NCBI GenBank assembly: GCA_965644315.1
Contig: CBFFRQ010000089.1
Location: 806,001 to 870,000, forward strand
DNA length: 64,000 nucleotides
Reading direction: 5' to 3'
Source: Caecitellus pseudoparvulus
Taxonomy: Eukaryota > Protista > Bigyra: Bicosoecida
Numbering within the stretch: position 1 is the first letter of the stretch; each line of letters starts with the position of its first letter. Below the pieces are notes generated by a model. It was not told the DNA's origin, did no database searches, and saw only the letters and a list, made by a program, of their open reading frames with translations. The translations under genes and the position numbers were made by a program. Below, one piece after another: positions 47,651 to 58,100 of this stretch.

Positions 47651-48114
47651 GTCGGTGGCGTTTCGCCCGTAACGCCGGCGCTTGCAGAAAACGCAGTCAC
47701 TTGAGAAAGAGAGTGGTTGTGGTCACTTGAAGGATATGCGACAGGACAGTCATACGGCAGGATCGGCCTTGCAGGTCCTGAAAGAGGTGCTCACTGTGCT
47801 CCTTGTGTGGCGGGTTTTGAGGAGCGGGAGCCTGCGCAAGAGCTAGACTGCTGCAACGCAACAGTGCTGCCACAATCTGAGCGCGCGACAGAAGCGACGA
47901 GGCCAGGTTAGCAATCCTCGGCATGCACTAATCTGCTCTATGTTATACTTGCCTGTCTGGGTCTCCGGGAGTTTCAGGCACACGGCATGCGAACAGTGCG
48001 CAAGCCTGCGCACTTGCCACAGAAGCGGTATTTGCCTGGTCATCCTGTGGCTTCCAGCTCCGTTCCTTGCAGACAAGGCGATTCAAGCTTTATCAAGTTT
48101 CAACATAGGATTGC
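47651..48114. promoter_or_regulatory. Divergent intergenic region between karyopherin-like and GT41 genes
   Basis: Head-to-head arrangement with locally lower GC; no specific element identified. Confidence 0.35.
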
Positions 48115-51100
48115 ATGCGACGCGTGATGCTCAGCAGGAAGGCACCTTCGCTCTGTGGGGTGGCATGTCTCCTGGCCCTGGCCTCGCTTCCACACCCACA
48201 CGCCACGCACACAGCCTTCACGCTCCCAAAAAACCTCGCTGCTGGTGAAGTGATACCTGAAGCATCAATAGTTGAAGCTGTCACGGCTTTCAAAGAAGCT
48301 GCTGAGCTGTCACGCTGGCTTCAGCAAGTTGCGCAGCGGAGTGCGCTGTCTCTTCCAGCTGTCATGCTATGCTGCGCCTGCCCAGAGCTTGTAACTGGCC
48401 GAGGGATGCCCCCTGTGTACGTCATTCATCCACTTGCACGGGAGGAAGGATGCTCGTCATCTGCGAGCCTGACCCCGCTCACACTTACTGTCCCGGGAGC
48501 GCTGCTCGGCAGTCTGCCGTTCGCCAGCGTTAGCGGCATTGTGGTGTGCGGCTTGACTCGGCAGCAGGAGTGGGAGGCAGCACAACGTCTCATACTGGCC
48601 GACACACGGCAAGCTGGCGAGCTTTCCATCTACGTCTGTTCAAATGCGGTGGATATTGAGCCCCAGCTCTTCGCCAGTGGCTTTCGGCAGACCTCGGGCG
48701 AGCCCAGGGAGTGGAGGCATGTGCTTCCCGGATGGGCTGCTGGGGACGCGTTCGAGGCCACTGCCTCGCTTGAGCACATCAAGCATGACTGTAGAGGGCT
48801 AGAAGCATGCCATGACTTTATTTACGCCGCTGAGGTTGCGCTGTCTGTGCTCCAAGGGCCAGCACCAGATCCAAGCCCACCATCACTGCCATTGCCGCGC
48901 AGCGAAACCAGCCTCGCCTTCAGTATAACCACCCTCAACACATTGCAAGGGACGCAAGAACTTTGCATGCCCATACTTAAGAGTCGTTTTGCAGGGTTTC
49001 GCGAAACGTGGGCTGGCCTACTTCCCTTGACGGTCCAGCTGCAGCACATCCTGCATGCTTGCAAAGCACCACCGCTTCATGCTGGGCTTCCTGACATACT
49101 GTCACAGGTGATTTGGCAACCACCTTCCTGGAGACAGACTCAAGACCTTGCTGAAAGGCTTCTCGCGATGTCACCTCGCGGGAGCCAAGCAACATCTCTC
49201 CCAGCGTTCCGAGACGGCGTCGCTGGACTGGAGGCCTGGCTGAGCGAGCTGAGGACCGCCTTTGCCTCCTCGCCAGCTGCACCAGCCATCGTGCAGTTCT
49301 TCCATGGCATCGCTGCCTTGGCTCAGTCTGGGGCTCTTGCAGATGCTCAGAGGCAGGCAGCTCTGCATGGCGCCTTGTCTGTGCTGCTGCGGCCCAGCCT
49401 GGATGCGTCTCCTGACCTGGCCATCGCTTCAGTACTCCTGCGCGATGCTTTCCAGAAGGCGGCACAAGCAGGCAAGGGACTCATCCGTAGCAATGCTTGC
49501 ACAGGTGCTCCCCATTGCCAGAGCATTCATTCTCCGTCCGACGCCCAGCAGTGCGTGGCACGACACTTCAGCTGCGCGGTGTGGGCGCTTCTTCAAGCCC
49601 AAGGGTCATGGCGCAGCGCCTCCAGTGCCATAGGACACTGGAAAGGCTTTCCAGGCCTGCGTGAAAGTGCTCTCTTGTTCACATCTTCCTACATCGCGCC
49701 CGCTAAGGAGAGGCGCGTCAAACGAGCTCTGTGGCAGCAGCATCTTCTGGCTGCGTCTGAGCTGCCTGTGCGAGCCCCTCCGCCCTCGGACGAGCCTTGG
49801 CGAGTCCTCATCGTCACAGCCCACTGGATTGAAGCCCACGCTGTGTTTCGCACTATAGGCCCGTTTGTCCAAGCACTCGCGCCCTCTCAAAGAGCCGCGA
49901 GCAGATCTGGCCTGGAGGTGCACCTGTTGTGGGTGGAAAGCTTGGCCTTTTCCCGCGCCTCCCCTGGCGCAGCGCAGGAGCACATCTTTGCGAGTGTACA
50001 CAGCATTCCTGCTAACCACTCAGCTGCAGATGTCCACACAGGCATTCAGTGGGCCAGGCAGCGGCAGGCGGACGTGGCTGTGTTCCTCTCAGTCGGCATG
50101 CATCCGCTGGACACAACTTTGGCATCCCACAGACTAGCGCCGGTACAACTGACAACATACGGCCACAGCGCGTCTGTCCACCAAGCTGCAAGTTTGTCAC
50201 GTGGAAGCGTCTTTGACCTGTTCATGGGTGGTTTTGTTCCCGAGGTGCTCATGGAGGTTGAGGCCGCTGTGGCTGCTGGGTCACACACCGCGACGTCTCT
50301 CGGCGCAGACATGAAGCTGCGAGACACGCCTGCGTGTCTTCAGAGCATCCTCACGGCGTTTCAAGGGGGCAGCTCGTGTGATAAGGCGCTTGAAGCGCGG
50401 GAGTCACCTGCCTTGCCGCCCGAGTGCGAGGCACGTGACGTTCTCCGACGTCGTGCCCATGCAGCATGCGCCACAGGGCCAGCTCAAGCGGGGCACAAAG
50501 CACCGGCACTCTTCTCCCTCAAGCAACTCAGCGGGTATTTGCACCTACTCCCACAAGCCAGCTCGTTGAGCACACACGCGCCCCACACGCCGTTGGTGTG
50601 GGACCCACAGCAGGGAGGGGCCATGCGCACGCTGGGAGCATGCCCGGCAACGCAGCAGCTCTCAACCTTGCAGGGCGAGCGTAAGTTCCTGATGCTACTG
50701 GCTTGTGCCGGGAAGGTGGCAGCTGGGCGGTTCTCAGAGCAGCTGCTCCTCGTGCCGGGCCTCGGCGTGGCCTTCACTCCCTTCCACCAGTACTTCGTTC
50801 CGCGCCCGACACTCCGGCAAGTAAAGACTGCCATGGGCAGGGCCAAGCGTGCAAGTCTCGCGGCCCCCGGGGAACTGCGTTGCAAAGCAGCCCCGGGTCC
50901 TGTGCAAGTGGTGCTGCCGTGGACAGCTCCGAAGTTCTCTTCACGCATGCTGGGAATCGTCAGCCATGCGCTCCGAGAAGCGCACATGCGAGCTCCGCAC
51001 TGCTCCTTCCAGCTGCTAGTCGCGCCCAGCCTTCCAGCTGGTACCCACACTGCAGCTCTTGCTGCACTGATGGTGAGCATCCGCAGCTCCCTGGGGCCTG

Positions 51101-51705
51101 GGAGTGAGCAGTATGTGTCCGTCCGAATGCGGGATGCGCTGAACGTGACAGCATACCTACACCACCTCAGCACGGCTGACCTTGCCGTTGATGCGTATCC
51201 CTACGGCGGGTGTAACTCAATCCTGGATGCGGTGCATGTCGGCGTGCCAATTCTGACCTTGGCGGGGAGCGCTTGGCGGAACCGCATTGGAGCGGCGCTT
51301 CTTCGAGAGGTGGGTCTGCATGAAACTGCCTTCTGGGAAGATGCAGGCCTCGTTTCCCTCCTGTCCAGCCTCCTCGTCAATGCGACTGCGCGTGCAGAGC
51401 TGCGGCTAGCACTTGCAGCAGCACCGCTGCACCGCTTCCTGTCGCACCCGGCCGGAAGCCCCGAGCTCCGACACGTCGTGCCTTGGCTGGGTGCAGCATC
51501 TCGAGCAAGAGCAAATCAGGCTTCTGCTGCTTTGGGCAGACTGGTGCAACCTCCCTCCTTGGGGCAGCAGGGCACGAGCTCTGCCTTTTCAACGCCTGAG
51601 GGTTGGAACCAGTCAGCTCAGCACCTTCTTGCCAGCGGTCTGGGCGTGTCACCGCTGTCAAGGTGGACCTTACAAACACTTGGCGCTGTCGATCATGCGG
51701 AGTGA
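48115..51705 (+). CDS. GT41-family glycosyltransferase, HMW1C/NGT-like, with predicted signal peptide, 1196 aa
   Basis: SSYIAPAKERRVKRAL, HWIEAHAVFRT, FLSVGM..LASHRLAPVQLTTYGHSAS, FSEQLLLVPGLG, WTAPKF and DLAVDAYPYGGCNSILDAVHVGVPILTLAG..WRNRIGAALLREVGL. No intron needed. Confidence 0.82.
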   Translation: MRRVMLSRKAPSLCGVACLLALASLPHPHATHTAFTLPKNLAAGEVIPEASIVEAVTAFKEAAELSRWLQQVAQRSALSLPAVMLCCACPELVTGRGMPPVYVIHPLAREEGCSSSASLTPLTLTVPGALLGSLPFASVSGIVVCGLTRQQEWEAAQRLILADTRQAGELSIYVCSNAVDIEPQLFASGFRQTSGEPREWRHVLPGWAAGDAFEATASLEHIKHDCRGLEACHDFIYAAEVALSVLQGPAPDPSPPSLPLPRSETSLAFSITTLNTLQGTQELCMPILKSRFAGFRETWAGLLPLTVQLQHILHACKAPPLHAGLPDILSQVIWQPPSWRQTQDLAERLLAMSPRGSQATSLPAFRDGVAGLEAWLSELRTAFASSPAAPAIVQFFHGIAALAQSGALADAQRQAALHGALSVLLRPSLDASPDLAIASVLLRDAFQKAAQAGKGLIRSNACTGAPHCQSIHSPSDAQQCVARHFSCAVWALLQAQGSWRSASSAIGHWKGFPGLRESALLFTSSYIAPAKERRVKRALWQQHLLAASELPVRAPPPSDEPWRVLIVTAHWIEAHAVFRTIGPFVQALAPSQRAASRSGLEVHLLWVESLAFSRASPGAAQEHIFASVHSIPANHSAADVHTGIQWARQRQADVAVFLSVGMHPLDTTLASHRLAPVQLTTYGHSASVHQAASLSRGSVFDLFMGGFVPEVLMEVEAAVAAGSHTATSLGADMKLRDTPACLQSILTAFQGGSSCDKALEARESPALPPECEARDVLRRRAHAACATGPAQAGHKAPALFSLKQLSGYLHLLPQASSLSTHAPHTPLVWDPQQGGAMRTLGACPATQQLSTLQGERKFLMLLACAGKVAAGRFSEQLLLVPGLGVAFTPFHQYFVPRPTLRQVKTAMGRAKRASLAAPGELRCKAAPGPVQVVLPWTAPKFSSRMLGIVSHALREAHMRAPHCSFQLLVAPSLPAGTHTAALAALMVSIRSSLGPGSEQYVSVRMRDALNVTAYLHHLSTADLAVDAYPYGGCNSILDAVHVGVPILTLAGSAWRNRIGAALLREVGLHETAFWEDAGLVSLLSSLLVNATARAELRLALAAAPLHRFLSHPAGSPELRHVVPWLGAASRARANQASAALGRLVQPPSLGQQGTSSAFSTPEGWNQSAQHLLASGLGVSPLSRWTLQTLGAVDHAE

Positions 51706-52002
51706 CCCTCCTCTGCCCAGTTTTCGGACACCATGGAAAGGGGGCTCCATGGCGCCGCAGGCGGCTGACTTTCCGTGCACGTCCGAGACCCAGCGATGTC
51801 AGGCGAAGAACATATTTGTGGCACTCACACCCCTACCCTGCCCAACTGCCACAGCGCACTGAGTCCACCTTTGCCCGAATTCTTTCCTTCCGCGTGTCGG
51901 GGGTAGGTGTGCCCTGTGCACGTGCAGCGTCATCCGCAAGCTTCGCACGCGCCTCGCCTTTCCGCACCGGCAGCATTTGCTCTGCACCTCGCCTGACCAG
52001 CC

Positions 52003-54460
52003 ATGAAGTACGTCGTGGTGACTGGCGGTGTCGTCAGCGGGCTGGGCAAGGGTATCACGATTTCTTCATTGGGCGTCCTGCTCAAGGCAGCCGGCCTGCG
52101 AGTCACGTCCGTGAAGATCGACCCGTATCTCGTGAGCCACTGCGGGATTTGAAGCGCGCAGAGCGACACGCTGCTGCACGGCCTCGCGTGTGGACCGCAT
52201 GACCCGTGCAGAATTCCGATGCGGGGACCATGTCTCCCTTTGAGCATGGCGAAGTTTTTGTGCTGAATGACGGCGGGGAGGTGCGTGCTGCGGGGCTGGG
52301 GCCGTGTTCAAGACAGGGGTGCCCATATTCCCGCACGCCTCGGCACGCCTTCCGTTGCCTGGCTGCCCCTTCACTTGCGCTGCCCGGGCACACAGGCTGA
52401 TCTGGATCTCGGCAACTACGAGCGCTTTCTGGACATTACGCTGACCAAGGACCACAACATCACGACAGGGAAGGTGTGTGGCCCAAGATGCTCAGGCGCT
52501 GGGTTCGGGCATTCGGCAGCACACCTTCACGCGCGCCCTCCCACAGGTGTACTCCCAAGTCATTGAGTGCGAGCGCCGGGGTGACTACCTGGGCAAGACC
52601 GTGCAGGTCATTCCCCATGTCACGGATGCCATTCAGGAGTGGATCGAGCGTGTTGCACACCTATCTGTGGACGGCATGGCTGGGCCACCTGACGTGTGCT
52701 TGGTGGAGGTGGGCGGCACGGTGGGGGACATCGAGTCGCTCGTCTTCCTGGAGGCCCTGCGCCAGTTCCGTACCCGCGTGGGCCCTGAGAACACCTTCTT
52801 CTTCCACGTGTCCCTGGTGCCCGTGCTGGGCGCAGTGGGCGAGCAGAAGACCAAGCCCACGCAGCACAGCGTGAAGGAGCTGCGCTCCGTCGGCATCTCC
52901 CCCGACGCCATCGTCTGCAGGTCCTCCAAGCCTCTGGCAGGCGGCACGCGACGCAAGCTGGGGCACTTCTGCCAGGTGCCCACGTCCCATGTCTTGGCCG
53001 TGCACGATGTGTCCAACATTTACCACGTGCCGCTGCTGCTGCAGGAGCAGAACGCAGCCAGCATCATGTTGGAGCATTGGGGCATGGAGGCCCCCTGCAG
53101 CCCCCCCTCCCTCACTTCGTGGTGCGACTTGGCGGCACGGGTGGACTCCCTGGCCTCAGCGCCCACTGTGCACATCGCGCTGGTGGGCAAGTACACGGGC
53201 TTGTCTGACAGCTACCTGTCGGTTATCAAGTCCCTCAAGCACGCCGCTGTCGCCGCTGGACAACGCCTGGTTATTGAGTGGATCGACGCTGCGTCGTTGG
53301 AGCACGCCACCAGTGCTGCTGCGCCTGGAGCTGGCACGTCCCAGATGGAAGCCACTGCGCCAGGCACTGCTGTGGGGCACGGGCAAGACAGCGCCTACGA
53401 GCAGTGCTGGGCGACACTGAAGCGGGCCGACGGCATCCTCGTCCCGGGCGGCTTCGGCGACCGGGGCGTGGAGGGCAAGATCCTTGCCATCCAGTACGCC
53501 CGTGAGAACCAGGTGCCGTTTCTGGGCATTTGCCTGGGCATGCAGTGTGCCGTGCTGGAGTTCGCGCGCAACGTGCTGGGCGTGCAGGGCGCCACTAGCG
53601 CAGAGTTCGACCCAGACACGGCCAACCCCGTGGTGCTGTTCATGCCTGAGATCAACCAGGCGAAGATGGGCGGCACGATGCGCCTGGGCAACCGCACGAC
53701 GGTGTTGAAGCCCCGCCCAGACGGCAAGGGCAGCTTGGCGGAGGCGCTGTACGGCAAGGTGCGCGGCATCAACGAGCGCCACCGGCACCGGTACGAAGTC
53801 AACCCAGACTACGTGCCAGGGCTGGTGGAGAAGGGGCTGCTGTTCACAGGCACAGACGAGCGCTCCCAGCGCATGGAGATCGTGGAGCTGGGGGACCAGT
53901 GGCCCCACCCCTTCTTCTTCGCCGTGCAGTACCACCCCGAGTTCAACTCCCACCCGTACCGCCCCAGCCCGCCCTTCATGGGCCTCATCCTGGCTGCCAG
54001 TGGGCAGCTGCAGGGCAACCTCCCCCTGCCCCACGCCAAGGATGCGCTGGCGAACTACACACACGGCGCAGCGTCTGCCGCTGCCGCCGCGGACGGCATG
54101 CAGCTTTTGAGCAGCACTGTCGTGGGCACTGCCATTGCGCAGGCCGCCGCCAAGGCTGCTACCGGCGCAGCCGAGGTGAGCGCAGGCATCCACACGCCAG
54201 CCGCGGCGCCCGTGACTGGGGTGGTGGCGTCACCTACAGTGCCAGCGGCGGCGCCTGCGACGCCCCCGAGGGGTGCCCTCCCCACCCCCCTTGCGTCTGA
54301 GCCGCCTGTGGTGGGGCAGGGCACTCCTGCATCGCCCCCCCGCCTCGGCCACGATGATGCCTCGCTGCACACTGTGCCGTCACTGGCTCCGCCTGGTGTG
54401 GCGGGGGCGGCACCACCGACTCCCCCCCCCGCTGTGCGCCGGGAGTTGGCAGGAAGGTGA
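52003..54460 (+). CDS. CTPS: CTP synthase, ~729 aa; join(52003..52131,52212..52280,52396..52473,52547..54460)
   Basis: [23 protein letters not shown]|[67 protein letters not shown] and QYHPE. Confidence 0.98.
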
Positions 54461-55126
54461 GCTGAATGCACACTGCCAGCAGCCTGTCGCGCGGGGCCGG
54501 CGCGTGCTTGGGTCTGCGCCTCTTGCCACCCGGTGACTGCAAGCCGCCACTCAGCCAGGGATCTTTCGTGCCGCCTTTGCCGCGGCGCAGGGCAAGCGCC
54601 ATGCAGTCGACCGTCGCACAATACAAACCAAGAGTAACGCAAGAATGAAGAGACGAGTATTACAGACTGCAGTGTGGAATTTGGCGGCACGCTAGGTGTC
54701 GTTTCGGCTCGCAGTGCCTTTCTGCTTGCTGCGAGCAGCAGCCTCGCGTTGCCAGCGGGGAGCCGCGCGCCCCGCTGCCCTGCTCGCGGACAGCTGGGAG
54801 TCATTTGCGTTTGTTGCAGAGCCAGTGAGTGCTTCTGTGTCGTCGTGTCTCGCTTGGCATGCGTGGCTGCCCCGTGGTGGGCTGCGTGGCAATGCGTGAC
54901 AGTGTGAGGCGTTGGGCAGAGTGCGCAGCGCAACACCTCCCGCTGCGCTCCTCCCGGACTGCCTGGCGCCGACGGGAGGCAGGATGGAGAGATATACATT
55001 CAAGGGTTTACGCCCTTGTTGCCTTGCGTGGCGCTGCGTCGAAGCACAGCCCCTCCTCGCTCCCTTTGCAGAGGCCAGTCCACCTACATCGCTTGCGACG
55101 TCTTTCTGGCAACAGTGTTTGGCGCC

Positions 55127-58100
55127 ATGCAGGGCAAGCCCCCTGCGTCACGCACCATGCGTGCAGCTGTAGCACAAGGCAAACCCCCAGGATCTCCTCC
55201 GCGAGGTGGGAGCCCGCCGCTGGGACGCAGGCGCACGGGCAGCGTTGCTGGGCGGCGTGGCGAGCTGCGTCCTCACGGTTCGCCAGGTGGTGGGGCGCCC
55301 AGCAGCAAGTTCGCTCCTGGCGGGGCAGCTGCGCGCACCCGGGATGTGAACCGTCTGCTGGAAACCATCGACTCGCAGATGGCAGCTGTGCGCAGCCAGA
55401 GGTACACCCGCCGAGCGACTCGAGCAGCCGCGTTGCTGACGCCGCTGCCTGAAGGGTTGGATGAGGTAGACATTGAAGTGGAGGAGGAGGCGTGTGTGGG
55501 CGGCCTGGAGGCGCCTGATGCCGGCTCCTCGTCCCGGAAGGGTGCCAGTTCCAAGGTGGACTTGAAGGTTGCCCTGAACTGGGCGGAGCAAGTGCACCCG
55601 CGAGTGGAGGTGGGAACACACCGGGTGCCCCTGGAAATCTGCAGCACCCAGCTGGGCCGGCACTGCTGCGTATTTTGCCGGTGGTGCGACCCTTGCCGGG
55701 AGGGCATCTACTCTGAGCTGGAGGCGTTTGGACCAGCTGTGAGCATGTTCTTCAAGGACCTCAAGTGCATGGCACTGGTGTTCCTGGTGCTGTCTGTGCT
55801 GGCTGTGCCGACGATCTTGTTGAACGTGACCCTGGGCACTGGTGCAGTGTCCCCCACTGTGCTGCTGAACGCGCGGTTCACAGACACCATGCTGGGGAAC
55901 CTGGGGTCGCCCGTCGTATCAGCGGGCAACGCCAGCGCCCTGAACGGCACCTCCAACGTGGAGACGTTCCAGCTGGCATTGGACTCGGTGGGCGTCTGTG
56001 GCGTCGCGGAGAGGAACGAAGCCGTGCGTGCGCTGTGCTCCCTCGGCGAAGGCGACATTGCGGGCCTGTACGTGGGCCTGGATGTCGCTGTTATGCTGCT
56101 GTTTTGGCTGCTGTACTGCTGGTGGCGTGTGTTCCAGCGGCGCGAGAACTGGCTCGTGGACCGCGACTTTGTGTCTGCCGGCGACTACACCGTGTTCGTG
56201 CGGGGCATCCCGAACGAAGTGGACGAGCTCACCCTGAAGTCCCACTTCGAGGAGGTGATCGGGGAGGCGGTGGCGTCGGTGTCCATTGCACGGGACGAGA
56301 AGGAGTACACGCGCCTGGCCGCCACGGCGGGGGTCATGCTGCGCCGGTGGGAGGAGCTCGCTGCTGCGACGGCAAAGCAGGTGCTGGTGGATGCAGCCAT
56401 GCAGCGGGGGCTGGCTGGCGCGAGTGAGGTCATGGACTTGGGCGGCCCTTCAGACCCGGCCGAGCCAGCCAGCGCATCTGGGAGGCCAGGCGGCCCGCCC
56501 CCCATCACGGGGTCCCCTCGCACGCGTTCGCTGGCGGGCAGGGGCAGGGCGCCGCCTGGCCCTGGGGGCATGGAGCCCCCCTCATACGGCAACTCCTCCA
56601 GCGACTTGCTAGGGGACATTGAAGCCGCCGCAGAGCTCATCACGGGGCTGAAAGTGACGCAGCGGGTGGGGGTGGGCGGCGTGGCCATGCCCGGGCTGGG
56701 GGCTCGCGAGGAGGTGGGGGGGGACGAAAGCGTGCACTTGACGTTTGCCGAGGCTGACGCGTCTGTTACCGCCCGCCTGCGCACCATTAGCACCATTGCT
56801 GGCCAGACAGCGGGGGACGCGCTGGAGGCTGAGCGGCGAACAGTGCTGGCTCGCCTGCGCAGCCTCATTCGGCAGGTGCGTCGGGCGCGCAGCATGCACG
56901 TGGGAGTGCTGGCGGATGCCGTGCGGTTCAACGACCAGGAGTTGCTGCGGGGGTGCGACCCGGCCGTCGTGCGGGCTGGTGCCGCCACTGCCTGGCGGGG
57001 CCTGGGCGCGACGACGGGGGCGTTCATCACGTTCGAGCGGCAAATGGGCAAGCTGAAGGCTCTGAAGGCGTACTCCAACTCCCGTTGGCGCGTGTGCCGT
57101 GTGTTCTGCCAAGGCCGGGCCCTGCGCCTGGTGCCTGACATCTCCCCTCGCATGGTCACGTCAGCTGTCAAGCGCCTGGCGCGAGGAGGGGTGCGGCGCC
57201 GGCGAGCTGCTTCCCGCCGCCAGTCCCAGTGGGACGCCATCCTCGCGCGCAGCAGCTCCACCAGCTCCAAGGACAAGGCCGAGCCGAGTGTGGAGGACGA
57301 GGATGTGCAGCGTGTCTTGCAGCCTGCCCGCGGCAGTGCCCTGTCCGCGCTCAGCATGGCAGCCGCGCGCGTCCCCGTGCGCAGCGTGATCCAGCTGGAG
57401 TCTGACTCCGAGTCGGACGAGGAGCGAAGCAGCCCCAGCAGCCCGCCTGGCAGTCCTGGCGGCCGCAGCGTTCTGCACGGTGCCCAGCCGCCCAAGCCCC
57501 GGCGCTCCCGGCGCCAGAGTGCCGTGGATGCTTGGGCAACGGCGGCGAGCCGGCGAGGCACGGGGCGCGGGCTGTCGCTGTTGCCCATCGTGACGACCGA
57601 GGGGGACCTCCCGCCGCCCCGAGCGTCTGAAGACTCGGCTGCCCTGCATGCCAGTGGCGAGAGCCCTGTCCTTGCGAGTCGGGTGCAGACTGCGCCTGCT
57701 GTGGTGCCGCAGTCCAGTGACTCCCTGGAGCAGCGCGCCATCCGTCGCAGCGTCGCGACGCTGCGGCGTCTGAGCCAGCGGTGGCACACTGGCATCGGTC
57801 CGTCAGGTCTCCTGTCGTCGCTGGAAGCGCAGGCAGGCGAAGAGGGGGAGGGCGGAGAGACAGGGAGCGACGGGGCGCGAAGGTCCACTGAGTCGAAGAA
57901 AGGCGCGGAGCGCATGGCGTTTGCGGGGGTGAGGGCGCGCAAGGGAAGCAGCGCGTGCGCAGATGGCAAGGCGTCCCCGCCGCCCCGCCCAAGCTCGCCT
58001 GTGGGGCGCAGCAAGCTGGGGGCGCTGGCAGTGCTGGCCAGTGTGCGCAATCTGGACATGCCGCCCCCCAGCAGCCAGGCCCACACGACCGTCGGCACCA

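Noticed and set aside
54753-54777. 8-bp inverted repeat CAGCGGGG/CCCCGCTG in the CTPS-OSCA gap
   Set aside because: Short and almost all GC; expected by chance at this composition.
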